64,000 nucleotides of DNA from Octopus vulgaris (Eukaryota): the NCBI GenBank assembly GCA_951406725.2, contig OX597821.1, positions 38,440,001 to 38,504,000 of the forward strand, read 5' to 3'. The notes beneath the pieces were generated by a model, which was not told where the DNA came from, searched no databases, and saw only the letters and a program-made list of their open reading frames with translations. Of the stretch, positions 51,351 through 64,000 are shown in pieces. Positions within the stretch are counted from its first letter, which is position 1, and the number at the start of each line of letters is the position of its first letter. The position numbers and the translations under genes are program-made.

Positions 51351-53419
51351 AAGCAGCCTCTTTATGGAACGGAAAGAAATTCACAGTCACTCACAAAAAA
51401 AAAAAAGGTAAGCAAAAAAGTTCTACTTAGACTCATATACAACATACACAAGAGATTTCAGATTGAAATACAGATAGGAAAGGAATTGGTATCACATTTT
51501 AAACACCTTAAAAAAGACAGAATACAAACTTCGGATAATTCAGTGTCTGATGGAATGAGATAGGTGTGTGTGCTGCTTAATTCTAAAATATGTTCTGCAA
51601 GTGAATGTTTAGATAAAGTGATTGGCTGATGATGATAAGTAATTTTAATGCCTACCTGGTCAATCTGGTTTTATTGGTAGATCTGATCGAAGCACTTACA
51701 CCTAATCTTCAATATTGTAATCATGTACATGTCTATGTGTATGTATATAACTGGCAACAACTCCAGCACACTTATTGCAAGACATAAATTCAGATATCAA
51801 AATCGAATGGATCAATTTCCAATAAATGATAAGATAAGTAATTATGTTACATCATTTTAATGAATATATTAATGCAGACATAGCAGCCTAGGTTCAATTT
51901 TGCTGTGTGGCACCTTGAGCAAGTTTCTTCTATAGACTCGAGTTAACAAATTCCTTGTAAGTGAAATTTGATAGCTAAAAATTATTTGGATGCAGCATGG
52001 CTAAATGGTCAAGAGTGCAATGATGAGGACACAGAGTCAATCTCATAGCATGGCATCTTGAGCAAGTGTCTTTTATCATTGTTCCAAGTCAGCTCAACCT
52101 TAGTGTATTCATTTACATTTTTTATAAACAAAAACAGGTGAATCAAATAAAGAAATATTATGCACACGGCCAAATTCAGTTTTAAATATTTCAAATGTTT
52201 TGGTCTTGAAGTTATGCCGTCAATCATTAATTTTTCGCATTCTATCTACCTACCCTTGGTTATTGTTAGTTGATTATAGTTTCTAGAGATAAGTTTGTTA
52301 GCTTTGGGTACCATATAATGTCTCTAATGGGTAACAAGCCACTGACTCTTTCGTTTGGCAATCGGATGCCCTGTTAACATCAGCAATTGCAAAGTTGATG
52401 GGAAAATAATAGTAAAATAGTAAGATTAAGAAAAAACAAAAAAAAAAGCGAAATAGACTGGTAGAAATTATTTTCCTGTGATTTCGTTTTGGTGATTTCT
52501 TATTACTTTTATAATGTGCTTCCTTCTCTCTGTAGAATCTTCCAGAAAAGAAAACTACTCTGAACAGGCAAACAAAAATGAAAATAAAGCGAGATAGATA
52601 AGAAATTTTTATGTATTTCCTTGTGAAAAAAAAAAACAACAAAGCAAAATTAAAAAAAAGAAAAGACAAGAAAGAACAGCAGCAAATAATTAGAAAATGA
52701 AAGCAAAAGAATGAGTAAGAATTGTCTTGAAGATGTGTGAAACCCATCTATTTCTGACATCAAATCTTTGAATAAAGCTCATCTCGAAAGGCTACATCTG
52801 CCTCTGCATAAACTAATACAACAACAAACTCTAGAGACATGGCTAAACAAACAGATAAGCAATTATATATTATTAATATAGCATTGCTTCTAATCCTTTT
52901 ACATTTTCTCTCTCACTCTCTCCTTATTTGTCTGCTTTTTATTTTCTAGTCTTCTTTTATCTTTCACTAACTTTCTTCCCGTTTTTTTTTCTCTTCATTT
53001 ATTTCCTTTGCCTCTTATTCACTCCCTAATTTTCTCTTGTATTTCTTTATTTTCCTTTTTCTTTCTTTTTCCACCTCTATATTATTCTTTGTCTCTTTTT
53101 CTGTCTTTCCGACATCTTTGTTTCTTTTCTTACTACAATTCCGTTTTCCTATATATTTTCTCTACTTTCTTTTATTTTCATTCTCCCTCTACTATTTTCT
53201 TTGCTTTTTGTTTTACTTTTCCTCATTCTTTGTTAGACAACTTCAACATCATTTCTTATAACTGGAATGTTCTGTTATGAATAATGGCCAACTGCAGTTG
53301 CATCCTTCCATTCTTTGAGAGAAGGTTAGCTCTCAGGAATTTAAATAGTTTCTTATTTTAGATCTGCATATCAAAACATACAATACATACAATTATGTAT
53401 GTGTGTGTGAGTGTGTGTA

Positions 53420-53469
<50 letters not shown>

Positions 53470-53504
53470 GGTATATGTTTAAATATATATACATATATGT
53501 ATAT

Positions 53505-53545
53505 CATCATCATCATCGTTTAGCGTCCGCTTTCCATGCTAGCAT
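53505..53545 (-). mobile_element. Extreme 3' tail of the (GAT)n-tailed retroposon
   Basis: CATCATCATCGTTTAGCGTCCGCTTTCCATGCTAGCA matches the end of 55090-55445. Confidence 0.7.
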
Positions 53546-53786
53546 ATACATATATGTATATGTTTATATATATATACATATATGTATATGTTTATATATA
53601 TATATATACATATATGTATATGTTTATATATATATATATATACATATATGTATATGTTTATATATATATATACATATATGTATATGTTTATATATATATA
53701 TATACATATATGTATATGTTTATATATATATATACATATATGTATATGTTTATATATATATATATATATACATATATGTATATGTT

Positions 53787-53800
<14 letters not shown>
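53545..53800. repeat. Minisatellite TACATATATGTATATGTT(TA)n, ~28-34-bp unit
   Basis: About eight tandem units differing only in TA count. Confidence 0.9.
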
Positions 53801-53819
<19 letters not shown>

Positions 53820-54162
53820 CATTTGTGTGTTTCCGTAGACGACAAATAACAGACTTAGGAATCGGCATGTATGAAGTGCAACATATATATAGAAAGAGAC
53901 TGATGCTATATATATATATATATATATATATATGTTTGTCTTTGATTCATTCAGAAAAATAAATCGCATGAAATGCTGTGCAATGATGAAATGATGAAGG
54001 TGTTCCATTCTTTGTATTAAAGATAATATTGTGAGAAAGAAAGACAAACACTTATCGTAACTGTGACAACACACACACACACACACACACACAAAGTAAG
54101 AGAGAGAGAAAGAGAGAGCAAAACATAATTCTCTAATATATTGACAGTATATACACACATAT

Positions 54163-54315
54163 AGGTGTGTCATTAAGAAACTTGCTTCCAAACCATGCGG
54201 TTTGGGGTTCAATCTCTCAGTACTGCACCTAAGTTTCTTCTACTATATTACTGGGCAGATTAATGCCTTGCATTTCTGTTTGGTAAATGGAAACTGAGTG
54301 GAGGACCGTCATTTA
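54163..54315 (+). mobile_element. CORE-like SINE family A, diverged 5' half
   Basis: AAGAAACTTGCTTCCAAACCATGCGGTTTGGGGTTCAATC...TTCTACTATA...GGAAACTG. Confidence 0.6.
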
Positions 54316-54384
54316 TATACATATATATGTATATATATGTATGTCTGTCTGTCTGTATATATGTATGTATGTATGTATGCATAT

Positions 54385-55040
54385 AGTAAATCACAGAAAA
54401 AAACAAAAAACAAACACAAGGAAAAAACAATGCGAGGACATGGTACATGCAATGTATTAGCAAATGCTCAGGGAAGGAAAGAAAGGTGATTTTATGTTTC
54501 AAGCAAAGCTCTTCTTCAAAAGTAGGAGACAGAGAAAAGGAAGATGGAGAGAAATAATCGCCAACAAATTCACATTTGAAGTATATATATATGTATATGT
54601 GTGTGTGTGTGTGTGTGTATTATTGTGTCTGGGGAGAGTCATTGTCTTTTAATACATTATTAATTAACACACTCACTGGTTTAATTTCCACACATTTATT
54701 TATTTTTTCTAAACTTTTCTTTGCTTTTTACAACCTCTTCAAAAATGAAATATATGTATCTATATATATCTATATCTATATCTATCTAGCTATATATATA
54801 TATATATATACACATTCAAAATATATATATATACATTCAAAATGTGACCGCATGTGTACCATTGGCGATTCTTTTCCTTCGTCTTCCCTTCTTTGGATCT
54901 TTCCTTTTCCTAGGTTTCTGACGAAGAGCTCTGCTCGAAATGTTAAACCCTCCTTCTTTCCTCCCTTCCTGAGCATCCAATAATACTATATTTGTTCCAC
55001 GTCCTCGCCTTGTTGTGTTTTCATGTTTGGATTAACTATA
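54385..55040. mobile_element. Inverted pair of Penelope-like short repeats (54385-54578 minus, 54835-55040 plus)
   Basis: Arms are diverged homologues; each carries a hammerhead-like motif (54490-54522 minus, 54913-54949 plus). Confidence 0.65.
54913..54949 (+). ncRNA. Minimal type-I hammerhead motif
   Basis: GGUUU CUGACGA A GAGC-UCU-GCUC GAAA U GUU AAACC: stem I 5 bp; stem III palindrome AACGUU altered by a CpG>TpG change. Confidence 0.6.
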
Positions 55041-55053
55041 TGTATATATATAA

Positions 55054-55085
<32 letters not shown>

Positions 55086-55089
55086 GACT

Positions 55090-55445
55090 ATCCGAGCGAG
55101 ATCATTGCCAGTGTGGCTAACTGGCTTCCGTGCTGGTGGCACGTAAAAGGCACCATTCACGCGTGATCGTTACCAGCTAAGCTTTACTGGCACGTGTAAA
55201 AACATTCGAGTGAGGTCGTAGCCAGTACCGCCTGACTGGCCCCCGTGCCGGTGACACGTAAAAGTACTCACTACACTCTCGGAGTGGTTGACATTCGGAA
55301 GGGCATCCAGCTGTAGAAACTCTGCCAAATCAAGATTGGAGCCTGGTGCAGCCATCTGGTGCAGCCAGCCGTCAGTCAAATCGTCCAACCCATACTAGCA
55401 TGGAAAGCGGACGTTAAACAATGATGATGATGATGATGATGATGA
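55090..55445 (+). mobile_element. (GAT)n-tailed retroposon 3' region (RTE-type tail)
   Basis: Internal repeat GTG..GGTGGCACGTAAAA, then GAAGGGCATCCAGCTGTAGAAAC...AGCATGGAAAGCGGACGTTAAAC(AAT)(GAT)n; inverse copy at 63738-63918. Confidence 0.8.
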
Positions 55446-55446
55446 T

Positions 55447-56176
55447 ATATAATTGAAATTTACAGAAAAACAAAAGACAAAGACAGGTGTATGAAGAACA
55501 ATCAGGTGTATTAGTTTAACGCTCAGGAAGGTGAGAAAGTCTTTTATGTTTTGAGCCTATGCTCTTCAACAGAAAGGAACATGAGGAAATAAATAGAGAG
55601 AGAAGAAAAAACTTTTGGAGTTAGTGATCAATCATGACGTCTGGCTAGATAAAGGTAGTTAGATAGGAGAGCTAGGAACAAGGGGAGATAATAAAGTATT
55701 GGTGATCCCAAAATGAAGGTGTGCGTGCATGTGTGTATGTGAGAGTGTGTAAGTGTGTGTGTGTGGTTAGGGGATAGTGACTTTGATGTGTGGATGTGTA
55801 CTTGTATGTGTGCATCTGTAATGTGCGGTGGTGTGGATGATGGTGTGGGTGCTGGGAAGTGGTCAGTGCTAGTATGTGCAGTGTAGTGTGATGTATTGTG
55901 GTGGTGTGTGCTGTGGTGTGGCAGTGTTGATGTGTGGGGAAGTGAGGGTGGGGTGTAGATTTGGGGTGAGCATGTGAGGTAAGAGTGGGGTATTTGGGAC
56001 GTGTAGTGGGGTATGGATGGAGGGGATAACGATGAAGGGACGAGGTGGGTAGAAGTGAGGAGAGTAGGTGTCAGATGAAAAGCGGGGTGGAGGGGAGTCA
56101 GATGAAGAGGGAAGGAGAGTTGAGCCCATGTGGCACAAAGGAGAAAAGAGAGAAGATTAATTCCTGTTCATAGTGA

Positions 56177-56216
<40 letters not shown>

Positions 56217-56607
56217 ATATATGTATCCACTCATGCACACACTTAGACAGGCACACATCCACATACGTCAAAATCACTAGCCCCTATCCACACACTCACA
56301 CATTCTCACATACAGATACATGTATGTGCTCCTTTGTTTTGGGATCACCAATACTTTATTATCTCCTCCTTCTTTCTACCTCTCCTGTCAAACCTTTTAT
56401 TTTTTCTCAACCAGTCGCCATGATTGATCGCTAAATCCACAAGTGTTTTTTATTCTCTCTGTGTTTATTTTCTCAGATTCCTTTCTGTTGAAGAGCGTAG
56501 GCTTGAAACATAAAAGATTTTCTCACTTTCCCGCGTGTCAAACTAAACTAATAAATCTGATTGCTGTTTATACAACTGTCTTCGTCTTTTGTTTTTCTGT
56601 AAATTTC

Positions 56608-56612
<5 letters not shown>
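55447..56612. mobile_element. Inverted pair of Penelope-like repeats with ~370-bp arms
   Basis: 55447-55810 aligns to the reverse complement of 56240-56612 (e.g. GAAATTTACAGAAAAACAAAAGAC; GGAGATAATAAAGTATTGGTGATCCCAAAA); hammerhead-like motifs at 55541-55576 (-) and 56481-56516 (+). Confidence 0.8.
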
Positions 56613-56667
<55 letters not shown>

Positions 56668-56690
56668 GTATGTATATATATATATGTATG

Positions 56691-56738
<48 letters not shown>

Positions 56739-56756
56739 TATATATATAGATACTTT

Positions 56757-56970
56757 TTTTTATTTGCTTCAGTCATTTGACTGCAGCTATGCTGGAGCAC
56801 ACCCTTTAGTCGAACAAATCGGCCCTAGGACATATTCTTTGTAAGCTTAGTACTTATTCTATCAGTCTCTTTTGCCAAGCCACTGGGTTACAGGGGCGTA
56901 ACCGCACCAACATTGAGCGATGGTGCGGGGACAAGCACATACACACAAATACATACATACATGTATATAA

Positions 56971-57025
<55 letters not shown>

Positions 57026-57176
57026 AGGCTTTCAGTTTCTGCCTACAAAATCCACTCACAAGGCTTTGGTTGGCCCTAGGCAATAGAAGAAGACACCTGC
57101 CTGAGGTGTCACACTGTGGGACTGAATCCAGAACCATGTGGTTGGGAAGCAAGCTTCTTACCACACAGCCTCTCCC
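56757..57176 (-). mobile_element. CORE-like SINE family A, near full length
   Basis: tRNA-like head at 57176, CORE-like region, internal (TA)n, 3' tail ending GCAGTCAAATGACTGAAGCAAATAAAAAA. Confidence 0.85.
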
Positions 57177-59915
57177 CGTACAATGAGGATAAAATTTCTT
57201 TATTTGTGTTTTTAAGGCTATCATTGGTTTCATGATGAGAAAAATTTTTTAGTATCTTAACAAGTTTTCAAGCCAATTACATGGAGGAATGGTGTTCATC
57301 TCCATTTTGGAGGAAAATACAAAACGTTTTGTGAAATGTCTCAGGAGTTCACAAAAAGTCTTGTATAGGAAGCAATAAATCAAAGGACACTAATCTTGGA
57401 TGACACCTTTTGTGATATTATCTCCCATGGGCTTGGCTTTTGGGGATAAAACCACCAGATGTTCCTGGCATCATTTAGGGAGAAAAATAAAAGATATGCG
57501 ACATTTCTATAAAGAGGAGTAAACAATCCCCACATAACATGGAGCATCATTGCTAAAGCCAGAAAATATAAATGTGAGCTCCATATCACTGAAATGCTAA
57601 ATATCATACAGTCATAGCAGTTGCTATGCTTGATTTGCTAACACGTGTGCCTTGATGTCAGTTGTACATATAATACTTTGTGCTATATGTATTATTTGAA
57701 AGTCAGGATGTGTTGAATATATTCAAGTCTCTTCAACAATGATGTTTGTGAGAGTGTTAAATTTTATTAGTAGGGTTCGTAACTTGAAGGAACACTTGGT
57801 GAGGTGGATGGTGAGGTATATACATTTATTTATTATGTTTGTGTGCTTCTTGCTTCTTATGACTGGTTTATATTTTAAAAGTCGGCCTTTCTTGTTTGGT
57901 GTCTCTTGTTAATTTACTAACTTCATTTGTAGTATCAATGTACTGTATGTAATATTTCATTACATTTGTTATAGGGTCTGTGTAATTTGTATGACGAACT
58001 TGCATCATTCGACCAGCCCGGAAGCTATAAGCATCTCTTCTATTCTGAAATACATGCTAAATTACTCTATTCAATATATTTAACTAAAGAAAATTTAGTT
58101 AGAGCTTAAACCAAGCCAAGTGACCGTGTAGACGTTTCTTCTTACATTAGTCTGGCTGACATGGTTGTTAGTAACTCCTTTTTAAACATTATTTCACTGG
58201 TTGGCACTGATCTTTGGAATTAAAATTACTCACCACACAATTGAACATTTTTGTATTTAACTCAGTCACATTCAGAAATCAGCAGTTGGTTTATTACTGA
58301 AGTGCCTAGTTTATTTATTACTAGGATTCTGTAGTTGTATCTAATTTAATTTTTGGTTGTATTTTGCTAAAAATAAAGCTTTTATTGCTAAAGTTCTAGT
58401 TTTTTTTTTTAGGAATTCCATATAGAATAGTTGGCTTATCAACTAATGTTTTTCCATCTAATTTTGTTGCATGTTCTAAGTTGTAATGGAAACTTTATTG
58501 ATAGAAAAACACACACTAAGAATTAACTTACAAATATACTACCCTTGTAATAAACTATAAACATTAATTTATTTGCAAGGCATACATTGGATTCAACAAT
58601 TAAATTTTAAATCAGGTTAAAATGAATTTATAAGTCACATCATTATTTCCAGGATTCTGGCTGCTCACTGATAAAATATGGCAATATAAAGAAAAAACTA
58701 CCTTATCTGGAAGATGAAAGCAAGAAAATCTAGAAACGTTGGTGGTATTAGGAACTTTGCTGTACCAAATTAAACAAGGAAATGCACGATATTTGGAAAA
58801 GACTAAATGGAATAGTGTTTTCAGTATAATATATATATAAGCATGTATGTATACACATGTCTATATCACACATCTTCATGTATATATATATATATGCGGG
58901 TATGTGTGTATATGTGTGTGTGTGTGTGTATACACATGTATATACACATACATACACATATACCAGTATTAGTTTGAAGGTTTGTAAATTTGAAGATGTA
59001 CCAGATTTGAAATCTTCAGATTTGATGACATTTCCAACAGAGTTGACTGATTTATGAAGTTTAGATTTAAATCAATCACAAGCTTTGTTGACTGAATCTT
59101 CATTGCTGAAGTATATGTTGATTTGGTTTATCTTTCTAAATTTGTGGCATCCCACCAAACCTATCTCATACTTAACTTTCAGTCATATAGTTCACCTAAG
59201 CGATATTATGTACTGCCAGGGGGGTCTGCTTTCCACCTGGAGGCAAAAAGCTCAATTTTATAATCCATATTTCATTAATTTCTAGTACTGATCCAATCTT
59301 GATCAAAATATAAAACTTCACATAATGAAATATTACCTTTTAAAACAGAAAGTAGAGTAAAAGGTATTAGCTTATTTAGAAGTAAGATATACATCCATAC
59401 ACATGTATGTGAGTGTATGTGTGAGTGTGTTTGTATGAGTGTCCGCGTTTACGTTTTGCCATGATATTTTATATGTTGAATTAGTGTGCTGACAAAGTGA
59501 GATCGATAAAATAAATTCTGGTTTCGTTATGATCGACAAGAACACTTGAAGATGGTTCAGCAAGTACGTTGTCCAATGATAGCAACAGAATATGAAAATA
59601 ATTAAGAGTACAGTCTGTATTCTTTGAAATTACATTACCAAAACTTGAAATATAGAAGATAAAAATATGGTTAACATATACAGAGTAAATGAAGGAATGT
59701 TAACAGAGATGCTGCTCATTACCTCACTGTATGCCTAATTCAAAAAAGATTTAAAATTTTCTTCCCTTTTTCTTGGCTAAAAAGGATCTTAAATTTTCTT
59801 CCCTTATTCTTGGTTATATTTCATTGATATTAGATTCTATGTTTCCTTCTACAAAGGTAATTTAGATTAAATGAAATATGTTTTCGCTCAGTACATAAAG
59901 TATTTTAGCACTCAC

Positions 59916-60048
59916 CCAGCTATCATATTTCATACAGATGGCGTCCCAAGGTAGTTTCTCATAAACCCACTCAGCTATATTTCTTGCAAACATATCGTCT
60001 TCAGTCAGCAGTGAGAATTGGTGATTGCTCTGCTTTGGTTTGGGAGAT
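59916..60048 (-). CDS. Candidate internal coding exon of an unidentified host gene
   Basis: Minus: ttattAG | 133 nt | GTGAGT; only one frame open: SPKPKQSNHQFSLLTEDDMFARNIAEWVYEKLPWDAICMKYDSW; higher GC than flanks, non-repetitive. Confidence 0.4.
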
Positions 60049-61059
60049 CTAATAACACTTAAATATGTACAGAAATGTTACCATGTTTGCCAAGGAACAG
60101 ATTAACTTAATATTATTCCTGGAGCTAATATTTACATCTTCTCTCTGCATGCGTAATTCAATTTTTCATTAATTAAAACTCCAGAGTTGTCAGCCCTTTG
60201 CCTTAACTATAATGAGATGGTTGTCTCTGCAAATTAATTTATTAATTGAAATTTATTTGTTCAACCAATTAAGGGTGGTCGTCTTCCCTCAACTAAAGAA
60301 ATACAAGTCAACAAAGAAGTATGTATGCAGTCACCTGACCTGCTGAAAATATTAGAAGCAACCAACAGATTCACAGAAAATAGCCTCCATTCAGATAGAT
60401 TCTATGATACACCAGTCAATGTAGAATTAAACAAGATCCCTTCCAAGAAATAGTAACCCCATGATGGTGGTGGTGGTGGTGATGATGATGATGATGGCGA
60501 TGACGACGACAATGGTGACAATGATGGAAGGTACGACAAGTTCAAACAACGACAAAGATGTTGATTGTGCAGACAGCAACGATTACATCAAAGACGATGA
60601 TAAATTTTGATTATCTAATAAGATAAGATTTATTACCCTTGTTTATTTAATATTTATGCGTTTTAAACAGCTGTAGAAGACGGTCTTGTCAAATAATTCC
60701 ATGGGTAATTTAAGTTAATCCAATTCTTTTCACTCCTTATATTACATATCCTCTCAAATATATTGCTGATATTTGTAGGAAGCATCACTACCTCCTCTTC
60801 ATTTCGATAGTTCATCTGCATTTCCATCTCTACATATTCCCAACAACTAGTCTCGCCGACAAGATACAATAAGACACCACATGTTCAATGAATTATATCA
60901 CTTCAACAAGGACTTAATATTGTACAATCATGAAACATTTAAATACATACACACATACACACACACACACACATGTGCACACATGCACTCACACATACAC
61001 ACATGCAGTCACACACACATACATGTATATATGATATATGATATTTAGAATTATCTCAC

Positions 61060-61300
61060 TTTATTTAGTGATAACTCAAGCAGACTAAACGGCGTAGTGT
61101 CTGAATACTAAAAGTACAGGTTCTGCTGACCTATGCAGTAGCTGAGTGGTATCCAAGAGGTTGGAAAATGCCACCTGAGAGGCCTCCACGACAACTGGAA
61201 GACGATTTATTTAAGCGATTTCGGCTAAGATGGAAAAAATGGTGCAATGGAGACAGAATTGGAAGAGCATTATAACCAGCAGTGTATAACAGCACTTGAT
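61060..61300 (+). mobile_element. RTE-clade LINE 3' end fragment
   Basis: TYAVAEWYPRGWKMPPERPPRQLEDDLFKRFRLRW resembles the RTE C-terminal EWxPxxxKRxxGRPxxRWxDD motif. Confidence 0.7.
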
Positions 61301-61449
61301 ATCTGGTGAATACATAGATACTGTGAATACATAATATAATATAATATAACATTATATATAAGCCTTTAGTATTCTTGATAGTATATTTTGGTTGCATAAC
61401 AAAATATGGTCTCCCTACCGACAATTAACATATATATATATGTGTGTGT

Positions 61450-61660
61450 AATCAATTCAAAAAATCACAAAATCACAGAGGAAAAGAAAGAGAAAAGCAA
61501 ACAAAAGTGAGGACGTAGCACAAGCAATGTATTGATAAGACATTCAGAGAAGGAAAAGAGTGGTAGTTTTATGTTTCGAGCATAGCTCTTCTTCAGAAAC
61601 AGGAAAAACAGTCAAGTCCAAGAAGGAGGGGAAAAAAACGCCAACAATCACGTGTGATTA
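61450..61660 (-). mobile_element. Penelope-like short repeat with hammerhead motif
   Basis: Homologous to 54385-54578; minus 61566-61600 reads GUUU CUGAAGA A GAGC-UAU-GCUC GAAA C AUA AAAC. Confidence 0.65.
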
Positions 61661-63737
61661 GTGTAGGTATAGGTGTGGGTGATGGCAAGGAGAAGGAAAA
61701 AGGAAGGAGAGCTGAAGTAAAGTCGAGGGAAGAGAAGTCAAGAGGAAGATGCATAGATATAAAAGCAATGGCATTTGAAATTCAAAGGAAAAAATGTTGG
61801 TTAGTAATTGTAAGCGTATAGAATCCAGAACAGTCGATGTCCACATTGTAAGGATGTTTAAAACAACATGAACCTACATCTGCTTGTTAGGTACGTTCAT
61901 CATGCTTCTGTATTCCCCATTTATCCCTATTATAAGCGACGATGGGTCTAAAATGATAGTAAGTTTTCAATTGTTAGTTGTACGTAATAAAATGAAATAA
62001 TTCGATTCCCTTGCAGCAAGTTGTAGATTTTTCTATTCTTCCATATTAAGATTGCATAAAGCTGCATACATTGCTGTATAATATACTGAAGGAATATTAA
62101 TAGAAAACAAATATGATTCTGTGAAAATGTAGAATATCAATGGAAGTAATCAGTAAAGGAAACAGGAATGGTCAGTTATTGATACTTCTTTTTATTTTGT
62201 TGTATTTTTTTCATTCCTCTGGATTTTTTTGTGTAAACAGTGTTTTGAGAATGTTTGGGAAAATCTCGAGCAAACATAATAGAAAATGAAGAACTGTTGT
62301 ATTTCTGGTTGACAAAGAATGGCAAAACAGACATGATAGCATAAACAAATATCAAATATACAAATACAGAAACATTCAAAAGATAACTAAAGAGAAAAGA
62401 GAGAGAGAGAAAGAGAGGGAAAGAGAGACAGTAAAATGAGTTGAATAAAGAGAATGATTAGATGAAGGGAATGTGGACAGAGAAGAGCAAAGGAGAGACG
62501 AGAACAGAGAAAGAACATGGAATAAAAGAATATGGTGAGAAAAGTAGGAAGTGGGGTGGTTATATAAAAGATTAGAGAAATGGGATATGAGACTGTTAGG
62601 AAATAGAGAGCAGGAAATAAAGAGCATGGAAATAACACACACACACACAGAGAAAGAGAAAGAAAGAGCATAAGAGAAATTAAGAGAGAGAGAGAATGAC
62701 TGGTGAGGGACAAAAACATTTAAAATTGAACAAAAAACATGACAGAAATGAGGAAGTGAGAGAGAGAGGGGGAAGGAGGGGGGAGAGAAAATTAAGAGTC
62801 AATAAAATGGTAAAGTTTTAAAGAAAGGATTAAGGTCAGCAGATTATCTAGTGTAAGTTGTACCAATATTGATGCAGCTACAGATAGAGATAAGGGGATT
62901 ATAGCAAAGATATGGAGGTGAAAGTGACAGGCAGAAAGACAGCTAGATAGACTGGAATTATATAAGGAAAGAGAGAGAGAGAGTGGGGCAGAGTGTGTAG
63001 ATGGCTGGGAATACACAAATAAAAACTAAGAAAGAATCCATGAAAACATGGATGATATTCCCATTCAGATTCCAAGAATGTAAGGAGACAATTCTTACAC
63101 AGAGTGGCTCTGCTTAAAATGGAGATGTCACATAGAAGTCATTGGAACAGATTTTGATGTGGTGTGTCTACCATATGAGAGCATATACACCTAGAAGAAG
63201 CCAGAAGAATTATATAATGCACCATCGTACAAAGCTAAATATTGATACAGAAGATCAAATAAAAGAATCTGGAGGAAAAAAAAAAGAAAACTAAAAGCAG
63301 ATGGTGAAGATGGGAAGAGAAAGTGAAAGTAAAGAGTAAATAGAAAGAAAAAAAGGTAGAGATAAGAGACAGCCATAGGGAAGAGAGAAACTAAATCAAA
63401 GAAATAATAAAGATTTCAAGCATTGGTAAATGGTTTCAAAAGTGTAGGTTTATTGAACTAACCCCAGTGCAAGCTTGTTACATAATTTCAACTTGGGAAA
63501 AAAATTCATGGCCGCCATGTTCTGCATGAAAAACAAACTGTTAGGTTGGTGCTAACATATTGTTTGCAGTGAATTGAGAAATATCCATTCATTTATGTTA
63601 CACCTGTCATTAGGAGAAATAATCATAAGTTCAGAGAGCAGTTCTAGTCAAGAAAAGCAGGCGAGGTATCTCTGAAATTTCAATGAATTTTAAAAACATT
63701 TTTTTAAAAAATGCTAATTATTTTTAAAGAAATTTTA

Positions 63738-63918
63738 ATCATCATCATTATCATCATCATCATCGTTTAACATCCACTTTCCATGCTAGCATGGGTTGAA
63801 CGATTTGACTGAGGGCTGGCGAACCAGATGGCTGCACCAGGCTTCAATCTTGATCTGGCAGAGTTTCTACAGCTGGATGCCCTTCCTAACGCCAACCACT
63901 CCGAGAGTGTAGTGGGTG
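63738..63918 (-). mobile_element. (GAT)n-tailed retroposon 3' end
   Basis: Reverse complement of 55270-55445. Confidence 0.8.
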
Positions 63919-64000
63919 CTACATCATCCATGTACAGACACTGATCGCCTATACATGAAGAGAGCAATTGGAGGAAGAGGACTAATAAGTGTGGAAGCCT

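Noticed and set aside
52860-53280. Hydrophobic F/L/S-rich ORFs resembling membrane proteins (also 769-990, 14057-14558, 62376-62719)
   Set aside because: Artefacts of polypyrimidine/polypurine low-complexity tracts.
57380-57607. Possible Tc1 transposase remnant on minus (FSNDAPCY, PWEIISQKV)
   Set aside because: Only weak, frameshifted resemblance; no TIRs found.
58229-58310. Strong minus-strand donor GTGAGT with upstream AG
   Set aside because: All three frames contain stops; not supportable as a coding exon.
60663-60869. 68-aa non-repetitive minus ORF
   Set aside because: No in-frame splice donor before the stop and no recognisable domain.

Overview
AT-rich, microsatellite-saturated eukaryotic DNA. 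The SINE families and the (AT)n/(AAT)n/(GT)n density point to a coleoid cephalopod, most likely Octopus; this is inferred from recognised repeat families, not from a search. I found no intact protein-coding gene, rRNA, true tRNA gene or CRISPR array, and nearly all ORF-track entries are microsatellite artefacts or decayed transposon frames. The window is dominated by decayed mobile elements. These include two tRNA-derived SINE families (one forming a 4-unit tandem array), many R4/Dong-type (RLE) LINE fragments stacked in (AAT)n tracts, RTE, CR1-like and Tx1-like LINE fragments, and a mariner fragment. There are also three non-autonomous Helitrons and a 1.2-kb internally deleted Gypsy (Mag-like) LTR element with LTRs, PBS, PPT and TSD. 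The most interesting hidden signal is a set of minimal type-I hammerhead-ribozyme motifs in short Penelope-like repeats. They include a U3-A8 covariant core and an A6U core shared by three copies, and several sit in inverted pairs. A few minus-strand candidate exons suggest the window may lie inside a large host intron, but no gene could be assigned.
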